Source: Pyrinomonadaceae bacterium (lineage in GTDB: Bacteria; Acidobacteriota; Blastocatellia; Pyrinomonadales; Pyrinomonadaceae). From it: DNA of 64,000 nt. Of the stretch, positions 59,922 to 64,000 are shown piece by piece (within the stretch, counting starts at the first letter, position 1; every line of letters starts with the position of its first letter). The notes under the pieces were generated by a model. That model did no database searches and had not been told where the DNA came from. It saw only the letters and a program-made list of their open reading frames with translations. The stretch lies in the NCBI GenBank assembly GCA_035940775.1, contig DASZEN010000028.1, positions 12,869 to 76,868 of the forward strand, written 5' to 3'. A program made the translations under genes and the position numbers.

Positions 59922-61286
59922 ATGAGCGAAGAGGAAGTAGTAATTATCGGCGGCGGTCTGGCCGGAGTGGAAGCGGCATGGCAGGCGGCGCGCGCAGGCG
60001 CTCGCGTGCGCCTCTACGAGATGCGGCCCGTCCGCCAGACGCCCGCTCATCGCACGGACAGGCTCGCCGAGATCGTCTGCTCCAACTCGCTCAAGTCGGA
60101 CGAGCGTGGAACCGCGCCGTATCTCTTGAAAGAAGAGTTGCGCCGCGCCGGTTCCATCGTCATGGAGGCCGCCGAGGCGACGCGCGTTCCGGCGGGCGCG
60201 GCGCTCGCAGTTGACCGCCAGCGCTTCGCCGATTACGTCACGGAGCGCATCGCGTCGCACCCGAGCATTACGCTCGTGCGCGAGGAGGTGACGCGCCTCG
60301 CCGAAGATGGTATTACGGTCATCGCTACGGGGCCGCTTACGTCCGATGCTCTGACCGCGGAGATCATGCGCCTGACGGGCGACGATCAGCTCTATTTCTA
60401 CGACGCCATAGCTCCCGTCATCGCCGCCGATTCCGTTAATGAAGAGATAGCTTTTCGCGCCGCTCGCTACAATAAGGGCGGCGACGATTATTTGAATTGC
60501 CCGTTTGACGAGGAGCAGTACGCGCGCTTTTACGAGGCGCTCGTCGAGGCCAGGAGCGTCCCCCTACAGCGTTTTGAAGAGACGCGCTGGTTTGAAGCCT
60601 GCCTGCCCATCGAAGAGCTGGCCCGGCGCGGGCGTGATACTTTGCGCTATGGGCCGATGAAGCCGGTCGGGCTCGTTGATCCGCGAACCGGGCGCGAGCC
60701 CTACGCCGCCGTCCAGCTACGCCAGGAGAATCTGATGGCCGACGCCTACAGCCTCGTCGGCTTCCAGAATCACCTGCGCTATGGCGAGCAGGCGCGCATC
60801 CTACGTCTCATCCCCGGCCTCGAACAGGCAGAGGTCTTGCAGTACGGACAAATTCATCGTAATACTTATATCTGTGGGCCGAGAGTGCTTGCGGCGACGA
60901 TGCAGATGCGCGAGCGCCCGCGCGTCTTCTTCGCCGGGCAGATCAGCGGCGTCGAAGGATACGTGGAATCGGTCGCGACGGGCTGGCTGGCCGGGCTCAA
61001 TGCGGCACGCCTGAGCGCGGGCGAGAGTTTGGTAAGCGCACCGACAAAGAGCGCGACCGGCGCGCTGGCACGCTACGTTTCCAGCGCCGGAACAAAAAAC
61101 TACCAGCCCGTCAATATTACTTTCGCATTGCTTGAACCGCTCGGCGAGGAACATCGTCGGCGCGTCCGGCGCAAACGCGAACGCCATCAATTGCAGGTCG
61201 AACTCGCACTCAAGGAATGGGACACTTGGCTTCACACAATCCTGAAGGAGAGGGCCGAGCCAACGCGCAGCGCCGCCGTGCGTTGA
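59922..61286 (+). CDS. trmFO: methylenetetrahydrofolate--tRNA-(uracil54-C5)-methyltransferase TrmFO
   Basis: Motifs VVIIGGGLAGVEAAWQAARAG, AEIVCSNSLKS, FFAGQISGVEGYVES and NYQPVNITFALL. Start placed at MSEEE (59922). Confidence 0.9.
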   Translation: MSEEEVVIIGGGLAGVEAAWQAARAGARVRLYEMRPVRQTPAHRTDRLAEIVCSNSLKSDERGTAPYLLKEELRRAGSIVMEAAEATRVPAGAALAVDRQRFADYVTERIASHPSITLVREEVTRLAEDGITVIATGPLTSDALTAEIMRLTGDDQLYFYDAIAPVIAADSVNEEIAFRAARYNKGGDDYLNCPFDEEQYARFYEALVEARSVPLQRFEETRWFEACLPIEELARRGRDTLRYGPMKPVGLVDPRTGREPYAAVQLRQENLMADAYSLVGFQNHLRYGEQARILRLIPGLEQAEVLQYGQIHRNTYICGPRVLAATMQMRERPRVFFAGQISGVEGYVESVATGWLAGLNAARLSAGESLVSAPTKSATGALARYVSSAGTKNYQPVNITFALLEPLGEEHRRRVRRKRERHQLQVELALKEWDTWLHTILKERAEPTRSAAVR

Positions 61287-62605
61287 GGTGGCCGCCGGGC
61301 CTCTTCAAAGCGGAGGGGAAGGCTTGCGCGCGGCCTCTTCTCTGCGCGCTGCTCGGACTGGCGCTCGCCCTGACGCCGCTCGCATCGGGCGCGTGGCTGC
61401 ATGCGCAGTCCGGACGTAATCAAAAGAAGACTTCGACGACGAAGCGACAGCCAGCTTCGACACAGACGCCCGCAGCGCCGTCGTCGTCTTCACGCCCCAG
61501 ACGCGCGGCTGCCGAGACGCCGACGCCGCGTCCGAGTCCGGCTCAGCGTACGGGCGCCCCGCAGGAACGCATCCCTTCAGACCCAGCGCTTCTGGGCGAG
61601 CCCCCGGCGTGGCCCACGCGGACGCCGCAGCCTTCGCCGCCCGCCGCCGCAGGAGCGACCCCAAACGCCGCTCAACCTTCAGCCGCTCAACCCGCAGCGG
61701 GCGAAGAGGTTGACGCGGAGGATGTCGTTCGCATCAACTCGAATCTGGTGACCGTGCCCACCTCGGTTCTAGACGCGCAGGGCAGGCCCGTCACAGACCT
61801 CAAGCTGGAAGATTTCGAGCTGCGTGTTGACGGCCAGCCGAAACCGATCAGCGAGCTTGGAAGCAGCGAGACGCCCGTCATCCTGGCGCTTCTGTTCGAC
61901 AACAGCTCCAGCCTGACGGCGGCGCGCGAGTTTGAGAAGCATGCCGCGATCCGCTTCTTTCGCAGCGTCATGCGTCCCGTCGATCAGGCGGCGATCTATT
62001 CCGTCTCGACCTATCCGGTGCTCGAACAGCCTTTGACGGGCGACGTGCGCACCCTCGTCCGCACCATCGAGCGATTCGGCAAACCCGAAGGCGCGACCGC
62101 ACTCTTCGATGCCGTCGTCCAGGCGGCTAATTACCTGCGCCCCTTCCAGCAGGGACGAAAGGTGATCGTGATTGTCTCGGACGGCTCCGACACGATCAGC
62201 GATACGGATTTCGACTCGGCGTTACAGCGCGCGCAGGCCGCCGATTGCCAGATTTACGCCGTGCAGACCGGACACATAGAGAATGCGAATCTGCGCGATC
62301 TGGCTGCCGAAAGGCGCTTGCAGGATTTTTCAGGACAGACGGGCGGGGCCGTCTACGCGCCCCGGGGGGCGAGCGAGTTGGATGCGGCCTTCGCGCAAAT
62401 CTCAGCCGACTTGGCCCAGCAATATGTCTTGAGCTATTACCCGAGCGACGAGCGGCGTGACACACTTTTTCGCACCATCAGCGTCCGCATCGTCACGCGC
62501 CCGAACCTGCGCGTGCGCGCACGCAAAGGCTACTACCCGCGACGCACAGAGAGGTTCAGCGGCAACTCTCAGCCCGACGTACAAACACGACCCAAAACGC
62601 CATGA
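61283..62605 (+). CDS. VWA-domain protein of the Acidobacteria-type VWFA family
   Basis: A signal-like segment and a Pro/Ala-rich linker are followed by INSNLVTVPTSVLDAQGRPVTDLKLEDFELRVDGQPKPI, ILALLFDNSSS and IVIVSDGSDT (TIGR03436-like, from memory). A TTG start overlapping the trmFO stop (TTGA) is preferred over the ORF-track ATG at 61217, which would overlap trmFO by 70 nt. Confidence 0.75.
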   Translation: MRWPPGLFKAEGKACARPLLCALLGLALALTPLASGAWLHAQSGRNQKKTSTTKRQPASTQTPAAPSSSSRPRRAAAETPTPRPSPAQRTGAPQERIPSDPALLGEPPAWPTRTPQPSPPAAAGATPNAAQPSAAQPAAGEEVDAEDVVRINSNLVTVPTSVLDAQGRPVTDLKLEDFELRVDGQPKPISELGSSETPVILALLFDNSSSLTAAREFEKHAAIRFFRSVMRPVDQAAIYSVSTYPVLEQPLTGDVRTLVRTIERFGKPEGATALFDAVVQAANYLRPFQQGRKVIVIVSDGSDTISDTDFDSALQRAQAADCQIYAVQTGHIENANLRDLAAERRLQDFSGQTGGAVYAPRGASELDAAFAQISADLAQQYVLSYYPSDERRDTLFRTISVRIVTRPNLRVRARKGYYPRRTERFSGNSQPDVQTRPKTP

Positions 62606-62738
62606 CGGAAATTCAGGAGGATGGAAGGGACAGGAAGAGCGGAAGCGGAACGTCACGCGGCCATGATTTCTGTTTTGTCCCTTGTACCCTGGCTTGAATC
62701 CGCTTTGAGTTAGCTGCCGGTTTAATCCGGGAACGCCT

Positions 62739-63665
62739 ATGATCGAACAACTACTCGGACAGTTTTTCGAGCACCTGCGTTACGAGCGTAACGTCAGCGA
62801 GCATACCTTGCGTAATTATGCGAGCGACCTCGGGCAGTTCTACGATTACATAGCGCCCGCCGACCCGAAAGACCCTGGCGTGCGCCGCGAAGTCGACATA
62901 CGCCAGATCGACCACATCACGATTCGGGAATGGCTCTCGACGCTGCACGCGGCGCAGAAGAAGAAGACCTCTGTGGCGCGCAAGCTCGCCGCGCTTCGCA
63001 CCTTCTTTCAATTCCTGGTGCGCGAGGGGGCGGTCGAGTTGAACCCTGCAAAGCTCGTCTCGACGCCGCGTCTGGAAAAGAAGCTTCCCAACCACCTCTC
63101 TATAGAAGACGCGATCCGCTTTATCGAAACGCCCGACCTCGAAACAGACCTCGGAAAACGTGACCGCGCCATCCTCGAGCTGCTCTACGGCACGGGCGTG
63201 CGCGTCTCCGAGCTGACCAAACTCGATCTGGGCGACGTGGACTTCCAGAACAAGCTGGTCAAAGTCACCGGCAAACGCCGCAAACAGAGAATCGTGCCCT
63301 TTGGCGATCCGGCGCTCCACGCCCTGATGATCTACCTCTCCGTGCGCAACGCTTTTTTGCAGAACGCGCCGCTGGCCGAACGCGACACACAGGCGCTCTT
63401 TCTGAACTATCAGGGGACGCGCATCACGACGCGCTCGGTGGGAAGGATGGTCGATAAATACATAACCATTTGCGCGGGCATACACAACATCAGCCCTCAT
63501 AGCCTGCGCCATTCCTTTGCCACGCATCTTCTGGACAGCGGCGCAGACCTGCGCGACATACAGGAGCTACTGGGCCACGCGCGTCTCTCCACCACGCAAA
63601 TCTATACTCATGTTTCGATGGAAAAGCTGATCGAGGTCTACGACAAAACGCACCCCAAGGCATAA
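62739..63665 (+). CDS. xerC: tyrosine site-specific recombinase, XerC/XerD type
   Basis: The N-terminal SAM-like domain is [22 protein letters not shown]. The catalytic residues lie in [21 protein letters not shown] and [16 protein letters not shown] cannot discriminate XerC from XerD by eye. Confidence 0.85.
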   Translation: MIEQLLGQFFEHLRYERNVSEHTLRNYASDLGQFYDYIAPADPKDPGVRREVDIRQIDHITIREWLSTLHAAQKKKTSVARKLAALRTFFQFLVREGAVELNPAKLVSTPRLEKKLPNHLSIEDAIRFIETPDLETDLGKRDRAILELLYGTGVRVSELTKLDLGDVDFQNKLVKVTGKRRKQRIVPFGDPALHALMIYLSVRNAFLQNAPLAERDTQALFLNYQGTRITTRSVGRMVDKYITICAGIHNISPHSLRHSFATHLLDSGADLRDIQELLGHARLSTTQIYTHVSMEKLIEVYDKTHPKA

Positions 63666-63739
63666 AAAAAGGGAGCGATGACAGAGCAGGTGAAGGGAAA
63701 GAACCGGGCGGCTCTCTTGCTCTCTGGTCGCTAACCAGC

Positions 63740-63788
63740 GGAATAGGTTTCATGACCCTCCCGGCGAGAGGATTATGAAACCTATTCC
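63740..63788. terminator. bidirectional hairpin between convergent xerC-type and dksA/traR-type genes
   Basis: Perfect 14-bp stem GGAATAGGTTTCAT / ATGAAACCTATTCC with a 21-nt loop that can itself pair (CCTC..GAGG). Confidence 0.55.
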
Positions 63789-63819
63789 AGCCACTTCTTC
63801 TCTGCCTGTCACTCTGCTT

Positions 63820-64000
63820 TTAGAGCGTGGGGTTGTCGTCCGTGCCCCGGCTGGCTTCGATTGCCGCCTGACAGGCAGCATCGTAGCGCGCGGTCGGCAT
63901 GGCTTCGAGCCGTCGCTCGTCAATCGGCTTGCCGCAGCGTGCGCATATGCCGTAAGTACCCTCGTCAATCCTCATCAACGCCTGGTCTATGTCGGCCACC
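63820..64000 (-). CDS. DksA/TraR-family zinc-finger protein, C-terminal part (runs off window end)
   Basis: The minus-strand frame reads ...VADIDQALMRIDEGTYGICARCGKPIDERRLEAMPTARYDAACQAAIEASRGTDDNPTL*, with the stop at 63820-63822. This is the typical DksA C-terminal pattern, but the second Cys pair is reduced to one Cys. The ORF-track entry 63750..63968 is a different frame and is rejected. Confidence 0.7.
   Translation of the reverse strand, partial: VADIDQALMRIDEGTYGICARCGKPIDERRLEAMPTARYDAACQAAIEASRGTDDNPTL

Noticed and set aside
62739-63665. Tyrosine recombinase as a marker of an integrated mobile element
   Set aside because: The sequence has the XerC/XerD housekeeping pattern. Its composition matches the surroundings. 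The neighbours (trmFO, VWA, dksA-type) are core-like, and no flanking repeats were seen.
63750-63968. 72-aa ORF-track entry on the minus strand at the right edge
   Set aside because: A different minus-strand frame (63820..64000) gives a clean DksA/TraR C-terminus. The listed frame is Arg/Ser/Pro/Thr-rich with no motif.

Overview
High-GC bacterial chromosomal segment. It is most likely from an Acidobacteriota genome; this is an inference from an Acidobacteria-type VWFA protein, Zn-ribbon/PEGA/FGE Ser/Thr kinase architecture and many secreted TPR or beta-helix proteins. I support about 50 protein genes, one tRNA-Thr(CGU), three decayed gene relics, several hairpin terminators and a dispersed palindromic repeat family. 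I saw no rRNA, CRISPR array or intact mobile element. Recognisable housekeeping genes are terC-family, ppiD-like, thiolase, pilT, ilvE, M19 dipeptidase, nfo, leuS, lexA, trmFO, xerC/D-type recombinase and a dksA/traR-type gene at the right edge. Five regions deserve a second look. (1) An AT-richer island of about 3.9 kb (12.2-16.1 kb) carries a frameshifted gene relic, a 5-TM protein and a 666-aa B12-domain-like radical SAM enzyme. That enzyme has a C-terminal PqqD/RRE-like domain but no visible precursor peptide. On its left flank sits a 517-aa protein with a C-terminal PD-(D/E)xK/QxxxY nuclease motif. (2) At 30.8-44 kb there is a signalling and export neighbourhood. It contains a Zn-ribbon Ser/Thr kinase with a roughly 300-aa E/R/K/A helix and an external FGE domain, a triple-FHA ABC exporter, and two more membrane proteins with the same unusual N-terminal CxxC...FCxxDG module. 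(3) A mosaic palindromic repeat (GAAGGGATGAA / TTCATCCCTTC) occurs at least four times and supplies the last codons plus stop (KTKG*) of two unrelated genes. (4) A Met/His-rich putative outer-membrane protein with an upstream Cys/His protein is a candidate metal system. (5) An HNH endonuclease relic abuts the 3' end of tRNA-Thr. All family assignments come from reading motifs by eye, and no database search was run.
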